From: an uncultured virus (IMG/VR IMGVR_UViG_2061766007_000545)
Taxonomy: Duplodnaviria; Heunggongvirae; Uroviricota; Caudoviricetes
Direction: 5' to 3' (one strand)
Virus record (IMG/VR): IMGVR_UViG_2061766007_000545
DNA length: 64,000 bases
Under the pieces are notes generated by a model, which did no database searches, was not told the origin of the DNA, and saw only the letters and a list, made by a program, of their open reading frames with translations. Below are positions 51,539-63,443 of this stretch, in pieces. The position numbers were made by a program, and so were the translations under genes. Position 1 is the stretch's first letter, and the number at the start of each line of letters is the position of its first letter.

Positions 51539-54500
51539 ATGAGTGATGTGAGAAATGTCCCATATGAGCTTTCTATATGGGATGATGTAGTGGAAAGCGG
51601 CAATACTTATTACTCTGAAAAGAAAATTGCAGTAATTGGCGCAGACAATATGGATAGTGCCATTCGTGCTACCAATCTTAAACTTGTTAGTAATGTTAAT
51701 GGCTCTAATACTCTTACATTCAATATGTGTTATAAGTTTTTGAATGAGGAGAATAAATTAGAAGATAATCCATTTATTCCTTATATGGTTAATGAGCGTA
51801 AACTTAAGTTAAAGTATAAGAATAAATGGTATGATTTAAAGATTAAGAATATTGTGGAAGAAAGTAGCAAATATATTTTCTCTTATACTGCAACTGATTC
51901 TTATATTAACGAGCTTTCAAAAAACGGATTTAATTTAGAGTTCGCGCAGGACTTAAACAATAATCAAGGTACTGCGTGTGAGTTAGGTCAAAAGGTTCTT
52001 GAAGGTACGGATTGGCAGTTAGTTGACAATAATATGCTTGTTGATGGTACGCATTATGCGCGCCAGGCACCGGGTGTGCCGTTAGTAAATGATGCGGGTG
52101 AAGCAATCATTTCTGATTGTATTGTTCAAGAAACTATTGAATCACTTGTACCAATGTATCCAGTTGGCGGAAGTNNNNNNNNNNTGCGCCAGGCACCGGG
52201 TGTGCCGTTAGTAAATGATACGGGTGAAGCAATCATTTCTGATTGTATTATTCAAGAAACTATTGAATCACTTGTACCAATGTATCCAGTTGGCGGAAGT
52301 GCTACTTTTTATGCAAAGAAAATTCTTATTAATGATACACAGGGAGTAACTTATGCCACAGAAGAAGAAGTAATTATCCCTTCTTCTTTAAATCAAATTT
52401 TTGTATATGTTCCTTATACTCATGCTACAGAAAGAACAGATAAAGTTCAATTTATCTATAACGGCGCTCAAGGGGTCTATGAAGTAGATAACGAGAGAGT
52501 TATACTTAATGCACAGAACTACTTTATTATGGAACCTACGTATATAGCATACGGTAACGGGTTTGACATTACATTTACAGACTCACACGGCACGACCGTT
52601 ACGTTGCGCCCGGCCGTATATGGCGGGACATCAATTAAGGTGTCTGATGAGTATAGGGGTAAGCGCTTTGTAATTCCTCCTAAAACAAAATTCGATCCCC
52701 TTACAAAGAAATATGTAAGTATATATCGTAAAGAAATTGAAGGGGTTTTAAATAATAAAGATACTTATGTTTATGAAGATACTGAGTATATAGTACCAAA
52801 TATTCTTCAGAATTATGTAAGTAATCATGAGAAGTTTAAGAGTACTGCAGGTTGGCGTACCGTAAAGACAATAGAAGGCGCTTCGAACATGGGATTGGTT
52901 GAGAATGTAAGCGATCCAGATTTATTTGCTTTCTTCTCTAATAGTACTAGTCAAGCAACCCCAGACCTTGCTTCTCTTTTGAGAATTAAGTTTGATGGAA
53001 CGGGTACTTGTTTAGTTAATAGCGGTCCTTATGATACAAGAGCGAGCATTAAGTCTTATACAAAGGGTGAAAAGTATGTTCTTTATATAGACAGCTCTAA
53101 TTTACTTAACTCACCTTATGATTATTCAACTTATGGCGCGAAGTACGTAAATGGTAATCCTTTTGCTTCTTTAACAACTGAATTAGCGGTTTACTCTATT
53201 CGTTCCGATGGAAGTATTAATATTACTGATGTACTCGCGCGCTTTGAGACTTTTGTAGTGAATGGAACTTACTTATATAGTGTGGGTACTATATTAAATG
53301 ATTATAGCGAAGCTTCGACAAAATCTTTACGAGTAGGTCTTTTCTTTGCTATTAACACAAGTAGTACAAAATATTGGTATATTAAAGATGCTCAACTCTT
53401 TAAATATTATGACTATAATGGACGCCCTCTTCTTCCTAGTGATGAAGACGCAGATTTTGATACGAAGATTGTTACGAAGTATTACGGCTATACACCTGAA
53501 GATAATACTACAGCAATCGAAGAGCAAGATACTGAAAAGATTATTTTTGATTTTGCAGATGTTGATACAATTCCTTCTGATTATGCTCTCCAAGAAATTT
53601 CCAATGGAGAAAAAATTACTGAAATTACGGCTAAAGAGTCTAACTTCTTTAATATAATTCAGAATATCTGTGAAAGATTTGAATGTTGGGCGCGTTTTGA
53701 TATTCTTCATGATGCAGATGGAAAGGTACAGACCGAAGTTTGGGAAGGTCATGTACGTCAGAAGAAATATGTAACTTTCCATAAATATATAGGACAAGAT
53801 AATTACGCAGGATTCCGTTATGGAGTAAACCTTAACTCTATCCAGCGCACGCTTGATTCTAAGTCTATTGTATCAAAGTTAATTGTTAAGAATAATAACA
53901 ATAAATATGCTACAAATGGATTTTGTACAATTCAGCGCGCAGCATCTAATCCTACTAAACAGAATTCAATTTATAACTTCGATAATTATATTAACCAAGG
54001 TTTGCTTAGTGCAGAACAAGTAGAACGTGATTTTTGGTATCCAAGCGCAACAACTCTTGGCTATCTTTCTATCGTAAGTACTGCAGCAAAGCAATATGAT
54101 GAATTAGCGGATAAGATTGAAAATATTAATGAAGTTCTTTATCCACTTGAGTCTAATTATGAAGTNNNNNNNNNNTTCTATTCAGCGCACACTTGATTCC
54201 AAGTCTATTGTATCAAAGCTAATTGTTAAGAATAATAACAATAAATATGCTACAAATGGATTCTGTACAATTCAGCGCGCAGCATCTAATCCTACTAAAC
54301 AGAATTCAATTTANNNNNNNNNNGGCTAAGAATGGTGTGGATAGTGGTGGAGAAAAGATTCAAGAATTAAATGAAAGAATCTTTAATGAGTTCCAATGCC
54401 ATTATGAAGACTTTACCAAAGGTATGGGAGCTAGTTTAGCTTCAATGCAGACAAACAATGANNNNNNNNNNAGCAAAGAATGGTGTGGATAGTGGCGGAG

Positions 54501-57409
54501 AAAAGATTCAAGAGTTAAACGAAAGAATCTTTAATGAGTTCCAATGTCATTATGAAGATTTTACCAAAGGTATGGGAGCTAGTTTAGCTTCAATGCAGAC
54601 AAACAATGACTATGGTTACTGTATTGCATGGGCGCTTTATAATGATACTCCTATTAATCATGTATCTTTTGGTACTATTAATTCTGCNNNNNNNNNNTAA
54701 GATTGAGGAGTATAAAGCTACTCAAGAAGTTTTAGTAGAAACTATTAGAAATGCAGATAAGGCATTTTATCAGAAATATAACGCATATATTCAAGAAGGT
54801 ACTTGGATTGATGAGAAATATTTAGATGATGAAAAATATTATCTTGATGCTGTTTCGACCCTATATAATTCTTGCTTCCCGAAAGTAAGTTATAATATAA
54901 GCGTTGTAGATGTTTCTCCTTTTGAAGGCGGTGAAGGTTACTTCGNNNNNNNNNNTGGCACTCTTTATTCGAAGAATTTACGTGGTGCACTAGCAGAAAT
55001 GAATGAGTTAAAAACTCAATATAATAAAGCACTTACGGATAAAACTTCTCTTGAAACTCAGATTTCTAATTATAAAGANNNNNNNNNNCGGTACTCTTTA
55101 TTCGAAGAATTTACGTGGCGCGCTAGCAGAAATGAATGAGTTAAAGACTCAATATAATAAGGCACTTACGGATAAAACTTCTCTTGAAACTCAGATTTCT
55201 AATTATAAAGANNNNNNNNNNCGATGCTGTTTCGACCTTATATAATTCTTGCTTCCCGAAAGTAAGTTATAGTATAAGCGTTGTAGATGTTTCTCCTTTT
55301 GAAGGCGGTGAAGGTTACTTCGNNNNNNNNNNCGAAAGTAGGAATACCATTAAAGTTCAAAATTATAAGAATCAATTCCAAGATTTATTCCATAGATTAA
55401 CTGCTACTGTTCAATCAGTTAACTACTCTTCTGGCGCTTATCAGCGCGCAGCAGAAGCAATTAAAGCAGATCAAACNNNNNNNNNNCCCTACTTCGGTTG
55501 ATGATATTATTGGTTCAACAGGAGTTAAGTTTGCCCTTACTTGGAAAGGCTTCTCGTTTAAACACGGAGATGGTACTAGTTCTATTGTTCTTGGACAATA
55601 CGATAAGTTAGTAAGCGGTTCTACCGTAACNNNNNNNNNNCGCGATTGGGTGATAAGACTTATATCGAAGATGTAGAATATTTTGGATATGAGTTAAAGA
55701 ATGGTATTAAAACACCTTATAAGGAAGATATTGTAATTACAGAAATTACTTATATTTTAGATAATGAAAGTAGGAATACCATTAAAGTTCAAAATTATAA
55801 GAATCAATTTCAAGATTTATTCCATAGATTAACTGCTACTGTTCAATCAGTTAACTATTCTTCTGGCGCTTATCAGCGCGCAGCAGAAGCAATTAAAGCA
55901 GATCAAACCATTGATACTGCTTATCTCCAAGATAGTTTTAATCAGAATGCTATTGCGATTAGAAATGCAAAGAACCAAACAATTACTATTGATGAATTAG
56001 GTATTACAGCTACAAGCGCAGATACGCCGAATTATGTATTGCGCATTATCAATGGCGGATTATTTGTAAGTAAAAATGGTGGAGAGACTTGGGAAACTGG
56101 TGTAAGTGGTGAGGGTATTAACGCCAATATGCTTACCGCTGGTCAAATTAATACCTCGATAATCCAAGTAATGGATGGTGATTGCCCCGCTTTCCGTTGG
56201 GATTCAAGGGGTATTAATGCTTATGACTATGATTTAATAAATGATCATGCAACTAACTTTAATTACACAAAAGGCGTTAGATATGATAGATTTGGTATTT
56301 ACGGTTTTGATGGATTGGTAATTAGTGGACCGAATGCCTTTAATCCTACTTCGGTTGATGATATTATTGGTTCAACAGGAGTTAAATTTGCACTTACTTG
56401 GAAAGGCTTTTCATTTAAACACGGAGATGGTACTAGCTCTATTGTTCTTGGACAATACGATAAGTTAGTAAGCGGTTCTACCGTAACGACCTATGGTTTG
56501 AAGATTACTAGTAATGGAACTGATACTGTTGAGATTAATGAAAGAGGAGATGCTTCATTTAGTGGTAGTGTTACTGCGCTAAGCGGTAATATTGCTGGGT
56601 GGGTAATTGGAACTGATTCCTTATCAAAGATATATAATATTGATGGACATATTTATTCTAATAGTCTTAATACCAATTCTTCTAACAATGCTATTAATAT
56701 TGCAACAGATGGAACTGTTACCTTTGCAGTTAACTATGCAGGTGAGATGACTGCTACTGCCGGTACTATTGGCGGTTGGACGATTAGCGCGAGTGGACTT
56801 GACCACACGGGAGTAGGTATGTCTCCTACTGGTACAAACGCCTTCTATGCGGGAAGTAAATTTGCTGTTGCGCAAGATGGTACTTTAACCGCAACCGGTG
56901 CCACTATTGCAGGCGCGCTTACAGCATCGAGTGGTCAGATTGGTAACTGGTTAATTAGTGACGGCGGATTAAAGAGCGCGAATGATGAAATTCAATTTCT
57001 TCCGGTTACGAGTGGAGCCGCAATTAAGGTTGGAAATAAATTTACAGTTAATGCAGATGGTACGCTGAGTGCTACCGGAGCTAGTTTTTCAGGTTCTATT
57101 AGTGGTTCTACTATTACTGGTGGTTCTATTAATATTAATAATAAATTTAAAGTTTCTAATGGTGGAGCGATAAATGCTGTTGCTGGTAGTATTGGTGGAT
57201 GGAATATTTCTGTAACTGGATTAAGTGCTGGTAGTCTTAGTCTAGTTGGTGGTCTTGCCCCTAAAATAAAGGCTGTAGGTCTGACAGGATCTATAATTGT
57301 TTTACAAGGATTTTCTGGAAGAGTAGAAATTGGAGGAGATGGTTTAACAGTAACGAATGCTTTTGGACATGGTTATAGATATACAGCAGATGGACCTATA
57401 CAGATTTAA
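51539..57409 (+). CDS. large baseplate hub/tail spike (Tal-like) protein, fragmented by gaps
   Basis: NVNGSNTLTF N-terminus, YGVNLNSIQRTLDSKSIVSKL, coiled coil, C-terminal GxI(G/A)xW repeats. Confidence 0.7.
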
Positions 57410-57473
57410 AATTTGATTTTCTTCTAAATTTATGATATAATTATAATATAAAAATAAGAAGGAGGTTTCTTAA

Positions 57474-57845
57474 ATGAAACTACTAGACCTACTTAACTTT
57501 ACTTCATTCTATGATGAAGTGCGTGATCAGAAATTGCCGCTTAAAGTATCTTTTAAGCTGACAAAAATTGCAAAGCTTATCTCTGAGAACGGAGACTTTT
57601 ATAGAGAAAAGATGGAAGAACTCATAAAAGAATATGGCAGAACAGATGAGAATGGCGAGCAAGTAAAAGATGAGGGCGGAAATGTCCTTATTGTTGAAGG
57701 GAAAGAGCAGGAATGCCACGAGAAGATTCGTGAACTTCAGGAGTTTGATATTCCGGTAGACTACAAGTTTTCTCTTGATGATTTTGATGGAATTGAACTT
57801 ACACTTTCTGCAACAAATCTTCTTCTTCCTTTTATTGAAGAGTAA
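57474..57845 (+). CDS. hypothetical protein
   Basis: Own promoter (TTGATT...TGaTATAAT ~57412-57441), RBS AAGGAGG. Confidence 0.75.
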   Translation: MKLLDLLNFTSFYDEVRDQKLPLKVSFKLTKIAKLISENGDFYREKMEELIKEYGRTDENGEQVKDEGGNVLIVEGKEQECHEKIRELQEFDIPVDYKFSLDDFDGIELTLSATNLLLPFIEE

Positions 57846-57883
57846 AAAGAAAACGCTTAGGAGTTAATCCTAAGCGTTTTTTT
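57846..57883. terminator. bidirectional terminator
   Basis: AAAACGCTTAGGA-gttaa-TCCTAAGCGTTTT between convergent genes. Confidence 0.85.
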
Positions 57884-58616
57884 ATTCCCAATCCTCAACT
57901 TTAATTTCTTTAAACATTTCTTTTGAAGCATAGTAGCCAATTCCTACTGCATCTGCTTCATCTTCTGTTAAGGATACATCGTGCCATTCTTTTGCTAAGA
58001 GCTGCATTGAGCGTTTCTTATCCGTTCTCGCGCGTCCCTTAACTCCACATCCTTTGCGCCATGTATTAGTTGGGTAAACCTCGTACTTAATACCCTGTTC
58101 ATAACAAGCCTCCATTAAGATACCCTGAAGGCGTGCTAATGTTTCAAAAGTTGTAACTCCAATACTATATCCACCTAAGTTATCTTGAAATTGGATTCCT
58201 TCAATAGCAATACCATCTGGTTGCCAGCATTGTATCATTGAGAGAAGCCAGTTTTTTGTTGCATTATCACGCGCAATTTCATTACTTAAAGTAGTTTCAA
58301 AAGTTCCATACTTTATAAGTTCTGCACCATCATAAATCGCATACCCCGTAACTTTTGTTGCTTGATCAAGAGCGATAATTCGTTTCTTATCTTTCTTCTT
58401 TGCGACTATCTTATCACTTGGTGCATATAAGGAATTTTGTTTGCAAACAGGACACTCGCGCTTTGTACGTATTTTCTTATACGGTGCAAAAACGCGGTGT
58501 CCCTCATTACATTCAAATTCCATCTGCGTATCAAGATTTTGGTATGTATCAGAGATAACTTTCCATCCATCTTTTTCAAGTTCGTCTTGAATTTCTTTTA
58601 GGCTTAACTTTGACAT
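57882..58616 (-). CDS. RuvC-like Holliday junction resolvase with N-terminal Zn-binding domain
   Basis: IIALDQATKVTGYAI, IAIE, DEADAVGIG; CNEGH...CPVC. Confidence 0.8.
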   Translation of the reverse strand: MSKLSLKEIQDELEKDGWKVISDTYQNLDTQMEFECNEGHRVFAPYKKIRTKRECPVCKQNSLYAPSDKIVAKKKDKKRIIALDQATKVTGYAIYDGAELIKYGTFETTLSNEIARDNATKNWLLSMIQCWQPDGIAIEGIQFQDNLGGYSIGVTTFETLARLQGILMEACYEQGIKYEVYPTNTWRKGCGVKGRARTDKKRSMQLLAKEWHDVSLTEDEADAVGIGYYASKEMFKEIKVEDWE

Positions 58617-59569
58617 TACTTAAGTCCCGAACTTCCGAAACCGCCATTTCGTCCGTCATTCTCTATTTTTGCTACATCATCTACTTCCATAAATGACGCG
58701 CGCTGTACTTGCGCAAGTACGAGTTGCGCGAATTTTTCACCTTTACCAATCGTAAAGTCATTACCGTGAAGGATTGATTTAATAATAATATTTCCATTAT
58801 CATCAAATTCATATTCAATATCCTTAATAGCCGGTTCAATATTCTCAATAATGACACAAACTTCGTCACGATAACCACTATCAATGGTGCCAGGCGTGTT
58901 TGCTACGCGAAGTTTAGTCTTGAGTGCGCGCCCACTCTTTGGACGAATTTGAAACTCATATCCGATTGGAATTGCTACTTTAATACCAAGAGGTACAAGT
59001 ACTGTCTGACCAGGTTTAATTGTGATATCATCAAACGCGAACACGTCCATACCAGCATCAGTCATATGTGCATAGGCGGGCATTTTTGCATTTTCATTAC
59101 AGTAACTAATTGGAATAAGGATTGTTTTATTTGCAGTTCCCTCTGCCTCTACATAAGCATTAGCGGTAATTTCAAGTAACTGCTTAATAAAACTAATTTT
59201 TTGAGCAGAAATTGTTGCATTTGAGTTATCATAAATATCTTCAATTTCTTTAGCCGTATTAATAAAGCTTTCCATTATTTGAGAAGCTGTTTGTCCTGAA
59301 GTATTAAGAGCCTGAAGTATAAGACGCTGTGTATTAGGATTATGAAGACTTTTTTCATATTCTCCTAAGTAAGCAGGAGCCAGTAACTTAAACTCTTCCT
59401 CGGGAAGTTCAAGCATTGAAGTAATAAATTCAAAGTCAGAATCTTCTGCTTTTAATTGTGAAGCAAGGTCAAGGATTTCTTTTATTTGGGATTCATTCTG
59501 TTCAAGCGACTTTTCAACCGCTTCTTGCGCTAAAATGCGAGCATCTTCTTCGCTTTTAACATTAATCAT
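58616..59569 (-). CDS. dut: trimeric dUTPase with long N-terminal extension
   Basis: AGMD, RPKSG, GTIDSGYRDE, FAQLV, RNGGFGSSG motifs. Confidence 0.9.
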   Translation of the reverse strand: MINVKSEEDARILAQEAVEKSLEQNESQIKEILDLASQLKAEDSDFEFITSMLELPEEEFKLLAPAYLGEYEKSLHNPNTQRLILQALNTSGQTASQIMESFINTAKEIEDIYDNSNATISAQKISFIKQLLEITANAYVEAEGTANKTILIPISYCNENAKMPAYAHMTDAGMDVFAFDDITIKPGQTVLVPLGIKVAIPIGYEFQIRPKSGRALKTKLRVANTPGTIDSGYRDEVCVIIENIEPAIKDIEYEFDDNGNIIIKSILHGNDFTIGKGEKFAQLVLAQVQRASFMEVDDVAKIENDGRNGGFGSSGLK

Positions 59570-59790
59570 TATTCGTCTTCCTCCCAGACATCGTTATAGA
59601 TTGCCACGCACTTTGTAATCCATGCTTCAGCAACCACCTCTCCCTTCTTCTTTTTTGACTTATAGGTATACCCTGCAGCACCTACTACATAGCCTTCTTC
59701 TTTTGCTCTTTCTTTAAATCTAAGGATTTCTTCCTTAGCTTCATCTTCTGAATAAGCTCTTTTCTCGGTAGTAACTTTAAGTGTTTTCAT
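59569..59790 (-). CDS. hypothetical protein
   Basis: TAATG coupling; RBS. Confidence 0.7.
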   Translation of the reverse strand: MKTLKVTTEKRAYSEDEAKEEILRFKERAKEEGYVVGAAGYTYKSKKKKGEVVAEAWITKCVAIYNDVWEEDE

Positions 59791-59805
59791 ATCCTTTTCT
59801 CTCCT

Positions 59806-60426
59806 TTATTTTAAGTCATCCTCTAAATTACAGGAATCACATTTTCTTTCTTTTGAATAATAAGCGTCTACCAATTCTTTAAAGTAAGGTAACTCTAGGA
59901 GCTGTTCGCAGAATGCGCGCCACTCTGGAAGTCTATGGTCATGACGCTGAATCCAAATATTCAATAGACAACGATAATTAGTAGTGAGGCGCGCTGTAAG
60001 TTCAAATCCTGACGGAATTGAATAGAGCAGACGTAGATAATCTTCCTTATCCTTTGTTTCAAGATAAACTTCTTGTAATTGCTCACATCGTGCAATAATA
60101 AAAGGATCAACATATTCATTACAACAGTTCTTTAACTCAAATTTTGAGATGCGATGCATTGTGCTTTGGCTTGAAACAAATTCCAAAAATCTATAGCGCT
60201 CCGCTTCAACCCACATTTTATTTGAACAGGTTAGGTCAAATGCCACTCGAACTCCTGTTAACCACTGTCCATGTGCGCCATTACCATTCGAGGCTTTTAC
60301 TAAATTCTTAATTCTTTTGATATCGCTATCTTCTACTTCTCGCATTTCTGCTTCAGTACGCATTGGATAACCCGAAGCAATAATTGATTCTTCTAAATCA
60401 TAAATCTTTAAGTTACTAATTTTCAT
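59806..60426 (-). CDS. ThyX-like (flavin-dependent thymidylate synthase-like) protein
   Basis: AERYRF...SQSTMH, TTNYRCLLN...RHDHRLPEW; in nucleotide metabolism cluster. Confidence 0.65.
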   Translation of the reverse strand: MKISNLKIYDLEESIIASGYPMRTEAEMREVEDSDIKRIKNLVKASNGNGAHGQWLTGVRVAFDLTCSNKMWVEAERYRFLEFVSSQSTMHRISKFELKNCCNEYVDPFIIARCEQLQEVYLETKDKEDYLRLLYSIPSGFELTARLTTNYRCLLNIWIQRHDHRLPEWRAFCEQLLELPYFKELVDAYYSKERKCDSCNLEDDLK

Positions 60427-60913
60427 AATTATACCTCTTTGCATATTGATTTGAAGAAGCAAGCGTTACTCCCAATACTTCATCAAAGCGTGCAGTATCG
60501 TTCATTATATAACGCCCATATTTTACAACTATATTGCTGTATTGGAGTATTTGACTCATCTTTTTATCTGCGAGAATTTCTTCTTCAGTATATCCCGTAT
60601 ATATTACTATATCACTATTATCTCCATGCCCAAAACGAAAAGTTTCAATTAACTCAATTAAATCATCTATAGAATCAAGTGGCTCCAAACCACAACAAAC
60701 TATTGCTTTTGTAATGGGATTAGAAGCATACTGATTATAGAGAATTTCTGCATCCATCAAAATAAGATTTGGCTTCTGCGCCAAGTCTGAGTTTTGGCAT
60801 ACATGACAGCCGTTAAGCTTATCACATTTGAATGTACATGTAGGGAAGGAGACATACATAGAAGGGACACGATAGTTAATCAAATCTTCTACTAAAATAC
60901 CTTTAATAACCAT
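60416..60913 (-). CDS. nrdG: anaerobic RNR activating protein (radical SAM)
   Basis: CTFKC...CQN, GLEP, IYTGY, SSNQ; near nrdD. Confidence 0.85.
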   Translation of the reverse strand: MVIKGILVEDLINYRVPSMYVSFPTCTFKCDKLNGCHVCQNSDLAQKPNLILMDAEILYNQYASNPITKAIVCCGLEPLDSIDDLIELIETFRFGHGDNSDIVIYTGYTEEEILADKKMSQILQYSNIVVKYGRYIMNDTARFDEVLGVTLASSNQYAKRYNYEN

Positions 60914-61150
60914 TTAGAACTCCTTATTTCTTAATCCTTCTATAAATCCTTTTGTATATTGCCTATTTGCTTCTTCTTTTATATTGCTCAAAACCTCAGG
61001 AAAGAAACTTCCTACAAGATACTCAAAAGAGACAGGAATCCTCTTAATAGCTTCTTCGGAGTACCCTGCGTGGTCTGCACGCAGGGAAGCAATTGCTTTT
61101 TCAATAACTCCAAGAGGAACGCTTCCTAAGCTTTTATATTCTTCTTCCAT
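60914..61150 (-). CDS. hypothetical protein
   Basis: Translationally coupled between nrdD and nrdG. Confidence 0.65.
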   Translation of the reverse strand: MEEEYKSLGSVPLGVIEKAIASLRADHAGYSEEAIKRIPVSFEYLVGSFFPEVLSNIKEEANRQYTKGFIEGLRNKEF

Positions 61151-63075
61151 TAAGCATTCTCTCCTTTATCATTAACTGGCATCCATTCTCTCATATCAAA
61201 TTCTTCAAGACGAGGCGCCGACCAAGAATTGGTACAAGTATAGAAACCAACCGTTCTTGTGTATTCACGAGCTTTGCGCTCTCCACAAACCGGACAAACG
61301 TCACCATAAAAACTATGGAAGTTCTTGCACTGGCTTGTTACGCCATTAAATGCAAAGTAGGTAACACCTTGCTGCGCAACCCAGTTAAGCATATCCCATG
61401 CTTTTTCAGTAGAATCGAAAGGAGCGTCAATATTGATATGTTCGATAGAACCACCATTACAGAATCTATCAAATGTTGCACAGATTTTTGTACGCTCTGC
61501 AATAGAAGCTTTAATTCCAAGAGGAATCCACTGGTTGCCATAAAGTGGAAGATCTGTAACTACTTTATCAGGATAAAGAAGCTTATCCGCCTTCATCATC
61601 TTTGCGGCCGCTTGTTCAGCAGGAACTTGTTCTACATTACCGCGTTGTGTCTTATCAAGATAGAAGTCGTCCATAGTATTATGAATTACTTTAAAAATAC
61701 GTTCACCGAAACTATAGGCATCATCGGTGTAGATAGTATTTCCAAATTCGTCTACCTTTACATATCCAAATGTTTTCATTGCTTCGTAGATACCATTAAT
61801 TCCAGTAGTATCGTACATATGCTCGAAATCAATCAGCTTATAAGAGAAATTAGGTAAGAGTCCCTTTTCAACATTTCTCTTAATAATTCCTCTAACTACA
61901 TTCAAAACTTTTAGGTTATCTACTTCGAGGTCGCGCAACTTCACAAGAAAATCTTGTTCATTTTCAGAAATATAAGCAAGGCGCGCGAGATTCAACGTAC
62001 AAACCTTTACAGAACCAACACTAAGTGCAGTACCACCAATTGAATTAAAATAGAGGTCTTCAATAGAAGACTTGAGACGACAGCAATTAGATAGGCTATT
62101 TACAGAACTATCAGTAAAGAAGTTAAATAAATTCCATTTACGAGATGCCTCACATGCCCATTTCGCAAATTCTTCATCAACAAACTTTCCATCCACATAA
62201 AGCAGAGAGGCAGTCAAAACCGGAAAAGTAAATACATTTTCTTCTCTAACTTTATTTACAATATCAATAAATCTTTTTTGGAATTCAATAATTTCTTCTT
62301 CTTCATCAATCATAAAGGTCCCGTCAGGGAATACTGAACCACCAAAGATAGACTCAAAATATGGGTGGTCAAACACAGAAACATTTGTGAACGCGCATTG
62401 ATCAGTTCTAATCCAAGGCTGGTTTAGACGATAAATTAATGATTGAATCTGCTGATCACGATAGATTTCCGGAGACTCTGTATAGTAGTTCTCTGCTATA
62501 TCTTTCTTCCAATACCAATAAAGGTAAGGAATTAGATTTGGTAATCCCACAGCGCCCGACTGACGACGGCTAAGCCATGCGATTGCTTCCATTAGAATTT
62601 GAATAAAGGAATCTAAGTGGCGCGCAGGTTTTGCATTATAATTCTCAATAAAGAACAATCCTCTTTCTACAATATCTTTGATATCATAAGCATAACAATA
62701 AGGATAAAATGTTGCGGTATCAAAATCATGAAGATAAAGTGAATAAGACCATAAATCTTCGATAATCTTATTAGCATCTTTAAAACCATATTTCTTCTGT
62801 AGCTCATGGTAAATCTTATTATATGCAAGGAGCTTCCTATGCGGTTTGCTCATTTCACTCATTAGAGTTACAATATCTTTCTGTGAGATATTTGAATTTG
62901 CATCAATTGATGCATTAGCTACATTTTCTTTATCAATAAAATTATCAATGAAGTCAGTAAAACTGAGCTGTCCATCTGATAGTCCTTGAAGTTCTGCAAA
63001 CTCTTCGCCGTATTTCTCTTGGAGTTTATTCAGTTGGGTAGTGAAATTTTTACTAAGACGAACATTTATATTCAT
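61150..63075 (-). CDS. nrdD: class III anaerobic ribonucleoside-triphosphate reductase
   Basis: LYLHD, QSGAVG, SNCCRL, TLNLARLA, PAE, CPVCG, RTVGFY glycyl-radical motif. Confidence 0.93.
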   Translation of the reverse strand: MNINVRLSKNFTTQLNKLQEKYGEEFAELQGLSDGQLSFTDFIDNFIDKENVANASIDANSNISQKDIVTLMSEMSKPHRKLLAYNKIYHELQKKYGFKDANKIIEDLWSYSLYLHDFDTATFYPYCYAYDIKDIVERGLFFIENYNAKPARHLDSFIQILMEAIAWLSRRQSGAVGLPNLIPYLYWYWKKDIAENYYTESPEIYRDQQIQSLIYRLNQPWIRTDQCAFTNVSVFDHPYFESIFGGSVFPDGTFMIDEEEEIIEFQKRFIDIVNKVREENVFTFPVLTASLLYVDGKFVDEEFAKWACEASRKWNLFNFFTDSSVNSLSNCCRLKSSIEDLYFNSIGGTALSVGSVKVCTLNLARLAYISENEQDFLVKLRDLEVDNLKVLNVVRGIIKRNVEKGLLPNFSYKLIDFEHMYDTTGINGIYEAMKTFGYVKVDEFGNTIYTDDAYSFGERIFKVIHNTMDDFYLDKTQRGNVEQVPAEQAAAKMMKADKLLYPDKVVTDLPLYGNQWIPLGIKASIAERTKICATFDRFCNGGSIEHINIDAPFDSTEKAWDMLNWVAQQGVTYFAFNGVTSQCKNFHSFYGDVCPVCGERKAREYTRTVGFYTCTNSWSAPRLEEFDMREWMPVNDKGENA

Positions 63076-63305
63076 ACTTCATAAACCCCCTTCTTCTCTC
63101 GCTTTGGCTCGGCGTTTACCCAAGCTACTGCTTCATTAAACTGCATCGGAGGTAGTCCGTCTACTACTAAAATTGGTACAGTATGAAAACCCATTCTCTG
63201 CACAGCTTCAATATCATTAACTTCTTTGTACTTAATATTTTTCATATCCATTTTGCGCGCGATAACACAGCATTTGGGACACCCCGTTGAATATAAAGTA
63301 ATCAC
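63072..63305 (-). CDS. glutaredoxin/NrdH-like protein (allele copy at 63337-63441)
   Basis: YSTGCPKC, TVPILVVDG. Confidence 0.8.
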   Translation of the reverse strand: MITLYSTGCPKCCVIARKMDMKNIKYKEVNDIEAVQRMGFHTVPILVVDGLPPMQFNEAVAWVNAEPKREKKGVYEV

Positions 63306-63443
63306 TATTAGTTGCCTCCCTCACGCNNNNNNNNNNTACAGCTTCAATATCATTAACTTCTTTGTACTTAATATTTTTCATGTCCATTTTGCGCGCGATA
63401 ACACAACATTTAGGACACCCCGTTGAATATAAAGTAATCACTA

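Noticed and set aside
51539..57409. Diversity-generating retroelement acting on the tail protein
   Set aside because: Duplicated segments border gaps, differences are not adenine-specific, and no reverse transcriptase is present in the window.
12046..61857. Long antisense ORFs (e.g. 12046-12714, 15280-15984, 35117-35623, 39615-40193, 61315-61857)
   Set aside because: They shadow well-supported genes on the opposite strand and lack RBS or motifs.
27049..63075. Stop-codon reassignment, introns or inteins in TerL, capsid or NrdD
   Set aside because: These genes are continuous and of ordinary length in the standard code, and TAG and TGA both serve as stops in the window.
1..63441. Apparent tandem duplications of genes and gene segments
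   Set aside because: They flank N-gaps and mostly differ by scattered SNPs, as expected for co-assembled strain alleles.
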